Source: a virus
DNA length: 37,243 nucleotides
Direction: 5' to 3' (one strand)
UHGV virus genome: UHGV-1372004
The position numbers and the translations under genes are program-made. The notes beneath the pieces were generated by a model. That model ran no database searches, had not been told where the DNA came from, and saw nothing but the letters and a program-made list of their open reading frames with translations. This document shows positions 1-8,268 of this stretch, piece after piece. Every line of letters begins with the position of its first letter. Position 1 is the first letter of the stretch.

Positions 1-260
1 ACTAATGTTTCTCTCCTAACCTACACCTGAGAGTGGCGCACGTCTGCGCTAGTATTTTATGCCTTCTAACTGCTAGTAGCATCCCGACTAGTCAGCCAAT
101 TCATCGGCATCCGATAAGACGAATTGTTTCCGTAGGTTCCTTAAGTCACTGGCAATGAATCGAACATTGCATGGTCAAATCATAAAACGTTAAGGCTATC
201 CCTCGACGTATTGACCTTATTTTTAAGCGTCTACCTTTCCGCCACAGTGACAAATTAATA

Positions 261-288
261 TTGTGAAAATAAATACTAAGCGTATAAT
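261..288 (+). promoter_or_regulatory. sigma70-like promoter (TTGTGA-16nt-TATAAT) upstream of the yegP-like gene
   Basis: TTGTGA at 261-266 and TATAAT at 283-288 with a 16-nt spacer; RBS AAGGTGGTG follows at ~317-325. Confidence 0.4.
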
Positions 289-328
289 TTTAGTTATCAG
301 CGAGTGGTCCGCTGAAATAAATTAAAAG

Positions 329-520
329 GTGGTGAAAAATTTGTACTTTGTTATAAGAGAAGCAACTAATGGCCAATATTACTTCGTTATTAAGTCCAAT
401 AACAATGAAGTAGTAGCAACTAGCGAAACATACTTGACTAAATATTCCGCTGAACAAACCATTAATTCTATAAAAAACGGAATCACCAAAGACTCTCAAG
501 TTATCGATATGACTAAATAA
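329..520 (+). CDS. YegP/DUF1508-family small protein; opposite strand to the flanking phage genes, so moron-like
   Basis: 63 aa; YFVIREATNGQYYFVIKSNNNEVVATSETY...INSIKNG fits the YegP repeat pattern (G.Y.F.L.A.NGE.I..SE.Y....A..GI.SVK.N); own promoter and RBS. Confidence 0.55.
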   Translation: MVKNLYFVIREATNGQYYFVIKSNNNEVVATSETYLTKYSAEQTINSIKNGITKDSQVIDMTK

Positions 521-926
521 GACGACTAACTTCATTTGCTAGGGAGTTCATTTCAGCTGCTTTTTCTACCAAAGCAGTTGAGATACTTTCTAGCTTTTCT
601 GATTTAACAGAATTAAATACTGGCGTCTTGATACTAATCGATACATCTTGACGAGGATCAGGACTCGATGCTCTATTTTTTTGCACCACTGATCTGTACT
701 TTTCTACTGAATGATACTCAATTACTTGTTCTAAATGTTTTTTGTACTCTTTACATACAGCTTCTTTTTGGATCAATTCTAAACGTTGTTGCTCAATAAT
801 ATCAATCAACCGTTTTCGATCCATACCTTGATACTTTATTTGTTCGACTTGGTCACTAGCCTTGTTGAGCAGTTCTTTTAGTTCAGTCAAATCTAATTTG
901 ACAGTTGCTTTGATTTCTTTATCCAT
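513..926 (-). CDS. hypothetical phage protein; start trimmed to an internal ATG with RBS GGAGGG
   Basis: ORF 513..986; the MDKEIK... start is preceded by GGAGGGAAAACGA; coiled-coil-like; no recognisable domain. Confidence 0.45.
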   Translation of the reverse strand: MDKEIKATVKLDLTELKELLNKASDQVEQIKYQGMDRKRLIDIIEQQRLELIQKEAVCKEYKKHLEQVIEYHSVEKYRSVVQKNRASSPDPRQDVSISIKTPVFNSVKSEKLESISTALVEKAAEMNSLANEVSRLI

Positions 927-1181
927 TCGTTTTCCCTCCAATACATAAATTAATAGACAGCAATGGATGATAGATAATAAGAACAATTTAGAAGGAGTTG
1001 AAATTCACATCCTTATTCTTAATATTTCCGTTGCTGTCTATCGAAGCTTAATTAAACGATGAGGGAGATTTCCTCCCTTACATTTTATTTTGTCGATCCT
1101 GTTTCCTAATCTTTCGACACTATCATAATATCACTGGTAAACGGCTAAAAACCGCCATCATTCCGCCAAAAAACCGCCAAA

Positions 1182-1595
1182 TTATTTATAAGCAATTATT
1201 CTTCCGTGTTTATATGCTTCTGCAAACTCTATTAGCGCTTCCGACTTCATCCGTTGTATACTTCTTTCTGAATAACCCACTTCACGGCTAATTCTGTAGT
1301 TTGAGAAGCTATCTGGCACACAAAAGCTGTAGTAGAGTGTCTGACGACTAATCAGACTAAGTGCCATCAAAGCCGCTAGAATCGCATCTCTCTCTGCTTC
1401 TATATCCATCATCTGAATAATCGCGTCTTCTGCCTTATTGCCGTACTTCGGTGCCTTCGGCATATCGGTTATGATAGGAGACTTAATATCTATCAAAGAG
1501 CGACCTGCCATCCGCTCCAAACGCCGAAAGTTCTTCAGCACATCTCTCGCATTACATCTTGTCTGTTTGAAATCTACCTCTCGTAACAATTGCAT
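1182..1595 (-). CDS. ArpU/RinA-like late-gene transcriptional activator (sigma-70 region-4-like C-terminus)
   Basis: about 138 aa from the internal start MQLLREV preceded by RBS AAAGGAG; C-terminal REVGYSERSIQRMKSEALIEF looks like an HTH; sits last in the early region before the packaging genes (circular order), as ArpU/RinA genes do. Confidence 0.55.
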   Translation of the reverse strand: MQLLREVDFKQTRCNARDVLKNFRRLERMAGRSLIDIKSPIITDMPKAPKYGNKAEDAIIQMMDIEAERDAILAALMALSLISRQTLYYSFCVPDSFSNYRISREVGYSERSIQRMKSEALIEFAEAYKHGRIIAYK

Positions 1596-1696
1596 CAAGT
1601 CAAACCGCTCCTTTATGTGATATAATAAACTTGTCGGATTTATTACATCAGTCGAAGTGGTTTGGCTCTTTCGATAATTAATTTTTCTAATGAGGA

Positions 1697-2050
1697 GTGA
1701 CACAATTGTTATTTGTAATATGTTTATGTCTTTCTGTTTACTTGATGAATCTTGAATATAAAGAATATGGAAAACTTGTTCCTGGCTCAGCTGTTACTAA
1801 TAAAACAAGTACACTAAAAGTCTTTCTTCTAATTGTTCAAAGAGTTGCAACAGTAGGAGTAATCTCGTATTTATATCCTTTCTTTGACCAATTTAATAAT
1901 ATCTTTTTAGATTTAGTAGATTTTATACTTTTAATTGTTATGTCATATTTTGGTATAAAAGCTCTTTTTCTTTTGACTCTTTTTTTATTGCGGCTCCTAT
2001 CTAAAATAGGAAAAACCTTTTTAGATGATGATCATAAACCGTATGAATAA
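1697..2050 (+). CDS. hypothetical small membrane protein (2–3 TM); divergent from the ArpU-like gene, moron-like
   Basis: 117 aa, very hydrophobic; RBS GAGGAG at 1692-1697; an extended −10 TGATATAAT at 1618-1626 lies upstream; a hairpin plus T-run terminator follows. Confidence 0.35.
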   Translation: MTQLLFVICLCLSVYLMNLEYKEYGKLVPGSAVTNKTSTLKVFLLIVQRVATVGVISYLYPFFDQFNNIFLDLVDFILLIVMSYFGIKALFLLTLFLLRLLSKIGKTFLDDDHKPYE

Positions 2051-2056
2051 TTTATT

Positions 2057-2095
2057 CAGACAGGAAGTAATTACTGACTTTCTGTCTTTTTATTA
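2057..2095 (+). terminator. intrinsic terminator after the membrane-protein ORF
   Basis: AGACAG...CTGTCT stem (2058-2063 / 2082-2087) followed by TTTTTATT. Confidence 0.4.
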
Positions 2096-2379
2096 ATTAG
2101 TTCAATATCCACCAATCTCGCTACAGCTAAATTCTCTTTGCTTTTCGCTAACCGCTTGTCACATTCCATCGTGTTTTCAATGCGAATGATCGCTGAGTGA
2201 TTATAGACATGCTCTACATATCCACGAAATGGATAGATGAACCCTTCTGCTTCGCAGCGAACCATGTCACCGATTTTGACTTTTGGTTTCTTACGTGTTT
2301 TAGGATTCTTTGTCGGCATATCTAGCATTAAACCGCCGATACCGTGACTGCTAGCGTAAAATCCGTCTTTTAGTTTCAT
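2071..2379 (-). CDS. hypothetical early phage protein
   Basis: 102 aa ORF packed tightly in the minus-strand early operon. Confidence 0.45.
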   Translation of the reverse strand: MKLKDGFYASSHGIGGLMLDMPTKNPKTRKKPKVKIGDMVRCEAEGFIYPFRGYVEHVYNHSAIIRIENTMECDKRLAKSKENLAVARLVDIELINKKTESQ

Positions 2380-2600
2380 TACTCTACCTCCTCGTGATCG
2401 ATAGTGACCAGTTCATATACTTGCGTTAATCCACCAAGTCGTCGTGAAACTTGGTTAGCTTCTTCGAGATTATCAAACCATCTTGCACTTTGGAGTATGT
2501 CTACAATGGATAATGTGTTAGCCCCTATAGAACGTTCATCACTTCTGTAAAATTGATTTCCAAACTTTACTACATAAATCTTCATTCTGTATCCTCCCAT
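2379..2600 (-). CDS. hypothetical early phage protein
   Basis: 73 aa ORF; shares its start/stop junction with the neighbouring ORF. Confidence 0.4.
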   Translation of the reverse strand: MGGYRMKIYVVKFGNQFYRSDERSIGANTLSIVDILQSARWFDNLEEANQVSRRLGGLTQVYELVTIDHEEVE

Positions 2601-2785
2601 TTAATATCTAGTATCGAAATTCCAAACTTACGAATAGCATCACTTGCATCAGCAACACACTGACTTGCCACTTTATATGTTTCTTCTGCTGAAATTCCAT
2701 ATTCTTTTTCAAACTTTGTCTTTAGTACATTCAGTTCCTGTTTTCTTAGTTTTGTTATTCTGCGATGTCTGTTGTTCATTGTCAA
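2582..2785 (-). CDS. hypothetical early phage protein
   Basis: 67 aa ORF overlapping its neighbours. Confidence 0.4.
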   Translation of the reverse strand: MTMNNRHRRITKLRKQELNVLKTKFEKEYGISAEETYKVASQCVADASDAIRKFGISILDIKWEDTE

Positions 2786-3037
2786 TCAACTCCCTAATCT
2801 GAAAGTGTCGTCTATACTTGATCGAAATTCTTTTAAGTGGTTTTCTACCACAGAATCAGTCACGTTAAAACGATCAATTAATACTGGAGCTGCCATATCT
2901 TTCAAATAACTTTGTCTGATAACTATTTCAGTACCATCTGAAAGTTTTTTATTAACCTCCCGACCGTTAATAATTGACTGAACATCTGCTTCGCTTAGTG
3001 GTATTTCGTATTTCATTCCGCTTCCTCCTTCAACCAT
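2786..3037 (-). CDS. hypothetical early phage protein
   Basis: 83 aa ORF. Confidence 0.4.
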   Translation of the reverse strand: MVEGGSGMKYEIPLSEADVQSIINGREVNKKLSDGTEIVIRQSYLKDMAAPVLIDRFNVTDSVVENHLKEFRSSIDDTFRLGS

Positions 3038-3351
3038 AAATTTGGAAAATCATCGGCATATATCTCTATTGCGCCAAACAGCTTAATTGCTGATTCTGAA
3101 TTCCCATACATATCAGGACTGATTAAACGATCATAATAATCCTGACTGATTGTTTTTCCCTTGTACTGATAACGTGTAGCCGCAGTGTAATATACTGCTG
3201 TCTTGCTCAGATAAAGATATTTTGCTAAATCAGCCGATATCCGTAACAAAATGATTCTATTCTTGCTTTTAATTCCACAATTTAGCAATGCTGGGACATT
3301 CCCATTTTCATCTTTTAAAGAATCGATGTAGTCAGTAGCTAAGATAATCAC
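3013..3351 (-). CDS. hypothetical early phage protein
   Basis: 112 aa ORF; ATGA-type overlap with the YopX gene. Confidence 0.45.
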   Translation of the reverse strand: MIILATDYIDSLKDENGNVPALLNCGIKSKNRIILLRISADLAKYLYLSKTAVYYTAATRYQYKGKTISQDYYDRLISPDMYGNSESAIKLFGAIEIYADDFPNLWLKEEAE

Positions 3352-3764
3352 TCTACCTCCAATAACTCGCTATTCTCGTATATATTTCCGATGACTCTTA
3401 CATAGGGTTTTAGCCGAGCTAATAATAAATCTCCGGCACACCATGTTAAGTCGTGTTGATTCCATCCAACTACATAATCTCCTTCGATCTCCATCCCTGC
3501 ACTGCTGTCTTCTTTTCTTTGAAATGGATGATTTTCGACTGCTACTACATCCCCTTCAAATATCTCCACACCATTCTTATCCTTCAGAGTGGTAGATTGC
3601 ATGAGCTCGTATTTGTCTATCATTCCCCACATGCCACCGCCTAAATTTACAAGCGGAGCAATAAAGCCTGTTTCATCGTCTATTGTCCAATCCACATTTT
3701 TATCATTATGCGGATAGTACATTTCATTTTCTTCTTTTGAATATGCTCTAAACTTCGGTATCAT
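3348..3764 (-). CDS. YopX-family phage protein
   Basis: KFRAYSK...DKNGVEIFEGDVV...RVIGNIYENSELLE matches the YopX signature at both ends. Confidence 0.75.
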   Translation of the reverse strand: MIPKFRAYSKEENEMYYPHNDKNVDWTIDDETGFIAPLVNLGGGMWGMIDKYELMQSTTLKDKNGVEIFEGDVVAVENHPFQRKEDSSAGMEIEGDYVVGWNQHDLTWCAGDLLLARLKPYVRVIGNIYENSELLEVE

Positions 3765-4078
3765 TTGCTGTCCTCCATGTATTCGTCTAATATCTCTCTA
3801 TACTTTTCTACAAATTTGAAACGATCTTGATGAATTTTCTTGCTCCAATTTGTTTGCCGATCCAGCTCACGCATCTGATCGAACCCTTTTTGAATTTCGT
3901 TGTAATAAAATTCAATGTTTGCTGTTGCTTTCCAATGCCTGCTACTTCGCACTCCTGATCCTGTTTCAGCCATTTCCAACTTAACTAATTCCGCTCGTTC
4001 TTTTGATTTTTTATCTTTCTGAATCTTCATCATGATTTTCTTGAGGATGATGTCACTGTATTGTGTAATGAGATCCAT
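3761..4078 (-). CDS. hypothetical early phage protein
   Basis: 105 aa ORF, overlapping stop/start. Confidence 0.45.
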   Translation of the reverse strand: MDLITQYSDIILKKIMMKIQKDKKSKERAELVKLEMAETGSGVRSSRHWKATANIEFYYNEIQKGFDQMRELDRQTNWSKKIHQDRFKFVEKYREILDEYMEDSK

Positions 4079-4377
4079 TATTTCTCCTCCACATACCTAA
4101 ATTGTCGTCCTTTTGGATCAATCCATAAGCTCCTAGCTCTATCCCAGATAATGTTTTTGCTCAGACCAGTAATTTCAGATAACTGTTCAGCAGTACCTGT
4201 TACTAGAATTCGATCACCATGCCAGATTGCAATTTTTCTCGGCGTTTTCCGTTTGGGTTTTTCAGTCCACATTGATTTACCGATCCTTTGGACTTCTGCA
4301 ACTATTTCTTTGTCTTCTTGCCAATTCTCAGAATGTGTCAGTTTGATGATTCGTTTCATTGCCGCTTTCTTATCCAT
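4078..4377 (-). CDS. hypothetical early phage protein, possibly HTH-containing
   Basis: 99 aa; LVTGTAEQLSEITGLSKNIIWD looks like a helix-turn-helix. Confidence 0.4.
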   Translation of the reverse strand: MDKKAAMKRIIKLTHSENWQEDKEIVAEVQRIGKSMWTEKPKRKTPRKIAIWHGDRILVTGTAEQLSEITGLSKNIIWDRARSLWIDPKGRQFRYVEEK

Positions 4378-4594
4378 CCCGACGTTCCCCTTTCAATAAT
4401 TTGAGTACTTGATCAAGTGCGCTCTCACGTCCACCATGGAACGTGTTGAGCCACTTGTCTTCGTACGAGGCGCTTTGTCTTAAAGCTTCTTGATGCATTA
4501 GTTCGATCTGTGCTGTAAATGTTTTTAGATCCATCTGATTACACCTGTTCAAGTTCACTAAGATGTTTTTGCAATCCTTTAACGCAATCAACAA
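4370..4594 (-). CDS. hypothetical early phage protein
   Basis: 74 aa ORF. Confidence 0.35.
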   Translation of the reverse strand: MLIALKDCKNILVNLNRCNQMDLKTFTAQIELMHQEALRQSASYEDKWLNTFHGGRESALDQVLKLLKGERRDG

Positions 4595-4808
4595 ATAGTA
4601 ATTTTGTATAAGCTAAATTTCTTAATTGTGTTGCATCGATATAGAGTGCGAAATAGTATCTGAGTTTACTCCAACTCGAACGGTCTTTCTTAATTCCTTC
4701 GATTCCAGCTTCTTCGAGTTGATCATATACGTCTCTCAGGATTTCTATTTCCTCACCAGTTTTATACTTTGCTATTTCATTAATTAGTTCTAGATAATCG
4801 ATTTTCAA
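4539..4808 (-). CDS. hypothetical early phage protein
   Basis: 89 aa ORF. Confidence 0.35.
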   Translation of the reverse strand: MKIDYLELINEIAKYKTGEEIEILRDVYDQLEEAGIEGIKKDRSSWSKLRYYFALYIDATQLRNLAYTKLLFVDCVKGLQKHLSELEQV

Positions 4809-4819
4809 TTTTCCACCTC

Positions 4820-5671
4820 TTAGAATGGTGCTTTTGATTGTCTATTAGCTCGTTCTAGCGCTTTTTTCTTAAGATAGGCTTCTTGGTCGATTGCCCACTC
4901 AGGAAGCTTCTCTCGTCTCCCTGTGCGCTTGTATCCACTGCTTGCGCTCTTAGATTCATTTTTTTCTTTTCTTGCCCAGCTTCGAATAGTTGCCAAATAG
5001 TTTTTATAAGTCTTACCTGATGATTCACAATACTCAGATAGCCGTTCTATTCGTTCTTGATAGTCATTAGGGAATTCTATTTTGAGTTTCTCCATCTGCT
5101 CATCTGACAAAAGAACATTTTTATACTCTCCGTATTTATGACGGATGGGCTTAGCCTTCGATTTTTTCGGAGGCGTTACATTCTCTATATCTTTCTCTAA
5201 CTCTATATCTTTCTCTAACTCTATCTCTAACTCTGGTGTAGTTTTGTCCGGACATTTGTCCGACATTTGTCCACTTGTTATTAAATTCTGTTTTGCTTCC
5301 TCAATTTCTTTTCTGTATTTTCTCTTCCTATCAGCTTCAGTTGAAGATTTCCCAATAAAACTTTGTATATCAGACATATAAATTGCTCCGTTATCTAATA
5401 CGTCAATAAGCTGCAAATCACGGAAAATTTGTACCGCTTTTTCTACGACTCCTACAGAATGTCTTGTAATAGTTGCGAGCATTGTAGAGTTAAATGGAAT
5501 CCTGTCATTAAACATCAACTTACCTTCGTGTTTTAGACTTCTTAAATAAAGTTTGAGAAGAATATTAGAATAAATATAGCCATCTGGCATACTTTCTAAG
5601 AGAACCATCTCGTCACTATCGAAAAAATTCTCTTTTAGTTTTAAATAGTAGTAGCGTTTGTTGTCAGACAA
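4820..5671 (-). CDS. phage replisome organizer / DnaD-like replication initiation protein
   Basis: N-terminus YYYLKLKENFFDSDEMVLLESMPDGYIYSNILLKLYL matches the phage replisome-organizer N-domain; C-terminal KNYLATIRSWARKE is DnaD-like; the gene contains direct repeats. Confidence 0.7.
   Translation of the reverse strand: MSDNKRYYYLKLKENFFDSDEMVLLESMPDGYIYSNILLKLYLRSLKHEGKLMFNDRIPFNSTMLATITRHSVGVVEKAVQIFRDLQLIDVLDNGAIYMSDIQSFIGKSSTEADRKRKYRKEIEEAKQNLITSGQMSDKCPDKTTPELEIELEKDIELEKDIENVTPPKKSKAKPIRHKYGEYKNVLLSDEQMEKLKIEFPNDYQERIERLSEYCESSGKTYKNYLATIRSWARKEKNESKSASSGYKRTGRREKLPEWAIDQEAYLKKKALERANRQSKAPF
5185..5272. repeat. iteron-like direct repeats inside the replisome-organizer gene; candidate origin of replication
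   Basis: 18-bp unit CTATATCTTTCTCTAACT twice plus a partial copy (5185-5234), then GACATTTGTCC twice (5251-5272). Confidence 0.45.
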
Positions 5672-5677
5672 TATTTT

Positions 5678-6364
5678 TTACCCTCCTATTCTAAGTTTCT
5701 TAATTGTTTCCTGGTTTAACTTAATCCCTTTGATTTGATACTTATTTTTGAAATTAGCCACACCTATTTTGTGTTTCTCCGTGTGATGAATCCTGCAGAG
5801 TGCTGCAAATGTGTACTCTGAATGATCAACTTCTTTGCGCTTTCGTCTTCCTAGCGCTTTGTCAAAGTGATCGATGTCAGCTCCTGTTTTGCCACAGATA
5901 CAGCAGACTCTTTTTGTGATGCATTTGTAGAAGTAATATTCTTGATTCGCTGGTAAAATCTCATAGCCTTCTTTGAAAGGAATATGATGTTCAAAGATGA
6001 AATCTAAGATGATATTTGCTAAGACATTGGCATCACTCACGGTTGTGCTCGATTCGTCTTTGAGGCTTATTTCGCGCCCTGTGACACCTTCGAAACGGAA
6101 GTAGAAGAATTCCTTCCAGAAGTCCGTCGGCATGCCTGTATCGATGAAAATATCGCCTATGAGCGCATAGATGAAGTTTCGTTGCTGTACAGTGAAACGT
6201 CTAGGATCAATAAAACGAATTTCAATGACTCGATCGCCATCGTAGCCGTCATACATCGTCTTTAGTCGATCAATGTTCACTTCTTCATTGATCGTTGCAC
6301 CTATGTCTTTTCCTTTGAACTTTTTCAGAACCGCTGAATATGAATCGATTAATGGTTTAAACAC
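5678..6364 (-). CDS. phage protein with a C-terminal Cys/His zinc-ribbon, HNH-like motif
   Basis: 228 aa; CCICGKTGADIDHF...HSEYTFAALCRIHHTEKH; sits between the annealing-protein and replication genes. Confidence 0.45.
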   Translation of the reverse strand: MFKPLIDSYSAVLKKFKGKDIGATINEEVNIDRLKTMYDGYDGDRVIEIRFIDPRRFTVQQRNFIYALIGDIFIDTGMPTDFWKEFFYFRFEGVTGREISLKDESSTTVSDANVLANIILDFIFEHHIPFKEGYEILPANQEYYFYKCITKRVCCICGKTGADIDHFDKALGRRKRKEVDHSEYTFAALCRIHHTEKHKIGVANFKNKYQIKGIKLNQETIKKLRIGG

Positions 6365-6369
6365 TCATA

Positions 6370-7116
6370 TCACTTCTCTTTTGTTTCTTCTCTGTACTGA
6401 TCTTCAATCCAGTTAACGCCTCGTTTTAGAATGCCCAAGTCTCTCTTGGTCCATTTACTGTCATCAGCGGTTATAGAAGCCGCATCAGTCAATGCAACAA
6501 TTGCTTCATCAATCGATTTTTCGTACTTGTTAGCAACCAGTTGTAAAGCATCCAAGAATAGCTTTTTGCTTCTTTGAGTAGCTGGTTCAAGCATCGAGAC
6601 ATCTTCTGGCATATCTTCGCCAGCAAATATATATAGCCCTAGCCCAAACATTGCTAGATTTTTTACAAGACAGCGCATGATCGTTTTGTTGATATCAAAC
6701 ATAGTTGCTGCTTCAACTCGCTTTTCGATTTTTCCAACAATCTCTTTTTTCTTCGTTTCGTTATTCCACTGATAATCATTGACTTCGTAGGTATATGGCT
6801 CATCTTTCATTGCCTTGTTTGCACCATCCATGACTGGTAACCACATGTCACGCTTTACTCCGTTGACTGTGATACTGGTAAAAACCATATAGCCTGTTTT
6901 CTTATCAAAGACATACGGCAGATATGTTTCTGGATCATGATAGATTTCATAATCTACTGCCTCACACACTTTGCTAACTTCTGCCCAAGCCCATGCCCAC
7001 GAAAGATAAGTGAGGTTATTTCGTTTTTCAGTAACATCTTTCACATTTATTTTGTATAAGGTATTAAAAAGCGTATTATCACTTCTATTTTTCAAAGGTT
7101 GTTCCTTTTCACTCAT
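6370..7116 (-). CDS. Sak/Rad52-like single-strand annealing protein (DUF1071-like); start trimmed to an internal ATG
   Basis: NNLTYLSWAWAWAEV motif recalled from lactococcal-phage Sak-type proteins; RBS GGAGG plus 9 nt before MSEKEQ; 8-nt overlap with the upstream gene. Confidence 0.45.
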   Translation of the reverse strand: MSEKEQPLKNRSDNTLFNTLYKINVKDVTEKRNNLTYLSWAWAWAEVSKVCEAVDYEIYHDPETYLPYVFDKKTGYMVFTSITVNGVKRDMWLPVMDGANKAMKDEPYTYEVNDYQWNNETKKKEIVGKIEKRVEAATMFDINKTIMRCLVKNLAMFGLGLYIFAGEDMPEDVSMLEPATQRSKKLFLDALQLVANKYEKSIDEAIVALTDAASITADDSKWTKRDLGILKRGVNWIEDQYREETKEK

Positions 7117-7450
7117 CAAATTCTGCCTCCATTTCAGCAATGTATTTCTTACCTGATCCGTAATAAGAGATATCAATCAAGTTATCTCTGTCGTACTCTT
7201 CTAGCGCGTCAATCATGCCATCTTCGATGACATAAATGTATTCAGGTTTTCTGGACTGCTTCGATAAATGGATAAGATAGACATGATCCCAAATACTCAC
7301 AAAATTGCCCAAATCGTCTTGATCACATGCTAGTTCTTCATCTGTCAAAAGATTTCGTCTGATTTTTCGGTTGTTTGTTTCCTTGATATTCGATTTGCCC
7401 CAACTAGGATCAGTCAAATATTGATCTAGAGTGGAAAGTTCTTTTTCCAT
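7109..7450 (-). CDS. hypothetical early phage protein
   Basis: 113 aa ORF, translationally coupled to the Sak-like gene. Confidence 0.45.
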   Translation of the reverse strand: MEKELSTLDQYLTDPSWGKSNIKETNNRKIRRNLLTDEELACDQDDLGNFVSIWDHVYLIHLSKQSRKPEYIYVIEDGMIDALEEYDRDNLIDISYYGSGKKYIAEMEAEFDE

Positions 7451-7604
7451 GTGGTAACATCTCCTTAGATGTATTTGCTATGTGACTCATTGCTTTGGAC
7501 GGCTGAGTCACTTTTTTATTTGTTGCCATGCTTTTTGCTTTTCGATATGTTGTTTGCTTAAAATAATAGATCGGCTATTTGCCCACCAATTATCATCAAT
7601 CACT

Positions 7605-7778
7605 TTACCGATTTTTAGCGCTTCTTCTCGTGCCATAGTTGCTCCTTTCTTTTGAATCAAGCAGATTGATTAAAACCATCAATGCTGCAAACAAACTTCC
7701 CCCGATAATACTTTGGTGCGCTACAATCACTAATAACCCCAAAATGAATCCTATAAAAAGTGTGTCTGTCTTCTTCAT
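7605..7778 (-). CDS. possible small membrane peptide (57 aa), below the ORF-track cutoff
   Basis: ATG at 7778-7776 overlaps the upstream stop as ATGA; MKKTDTLFIGFILGLLVIVAHQSIIGGSLFAALMVLINLL is hydrophobic. Confidence 0.25.
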   Translation of the reverse strand: MKKTDTLFIGFILGLLVIVAHQSIIGGSLFAALMVLINLLDSKERSNYGTRRSAKNR

Positions 7779-7963
7779 AATCTAATCTCCCTATTTTTTA
7801 TTTCTAGCATTCTCAAATCCTCAAGTTCAGAAGCAATTAGTTCAGCTTGTCTATCTGATAGCTCATCGGCTTTTCTAAGCGCTGCACGGTCATCTTGTAA
7901 TTGTTTCCTGCGTTGTTTAATCAAACCGAGAATTTGATGTTCTTGTTGCAATGTGTAGGACAT
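7775..7963 (-). CDS. hypothetical coiled-coil early protein
   Basis: 62 aa ORF. Confidence 0.4.
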   Translation of the reverse strand: MSYTLQQEHQILGLIKQRRKQLQDDRAALRKADELSDRQAELIASELEDLRMLEIKNREIRL

Positions 7964-7983
7964 AAAATCATTCTCCTTTGCCT

Positions 7984-8268
7984 TTAGAACTCAAAGTTTT
8001 CTTTCAAAAATCTTTGGAGCTCCGATCGTTCAATTCTGATGTCTAACTTGCTCCACTGCTGTGTTTTTAAGCCTAGGTTTATCCAATGTGTTAATTTATC
8101 ATCACCAATTCCTAAAACTTTTCTTACCTCTGATTTGTTTGGATATGGAGGAAGCTCTACTGATTTGTTCATTAGGTGTAATCGTTCGTCCAAAGAATTA
8201 AGCACTGCATTCGTGATCTGTGTAGTTAATTCGGAAACTACTAAATTATCTGGAATTGTTATTTGCAT
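7984..8268 (-). CDS. HTH DNA-binding protein (excisionase/MerR-like fold); candidate Xis or early regulator
   Basis: NKSEVRKVLGIGDDKLTHWINLGL helix-turn-helix. Confidence 0.4.
   Translation of the reverse strand: MQITIPDNLVVSELTTQITNAVLNSLDERLHLMNKSVELPPYPNKSEVRKVLGIGDDKLTHWINLGLKTQQWSKLDIRIERSELQRFLKENFEF

Noticed and set aside
1-260. Whether the GC-rich ends are host DNA (rRNA, tRNA or a tmRNA fragment) flanking an integrated prophage
   Set aside because: No tRNA-like acceptor/T-arm and no recognisable rRNA or RNase P motifs. The gene order also requires the two ends to be contiguous phage DNA, and att-like repeats are found internally at 12187-12434 instead.
4061-4399. 112-aa plus-strand ORF, and other plus-strand ORFs in the track at 1438-1620, 3453-3644, 5145-5381, 8039-8287, 8550-8741 and across the 15470-36717 range
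   Set aside because: All are embedded antisense in densely packed minus-strand genes, lack RBSs and have compositionally odd translations; treated as shadow ORFs.
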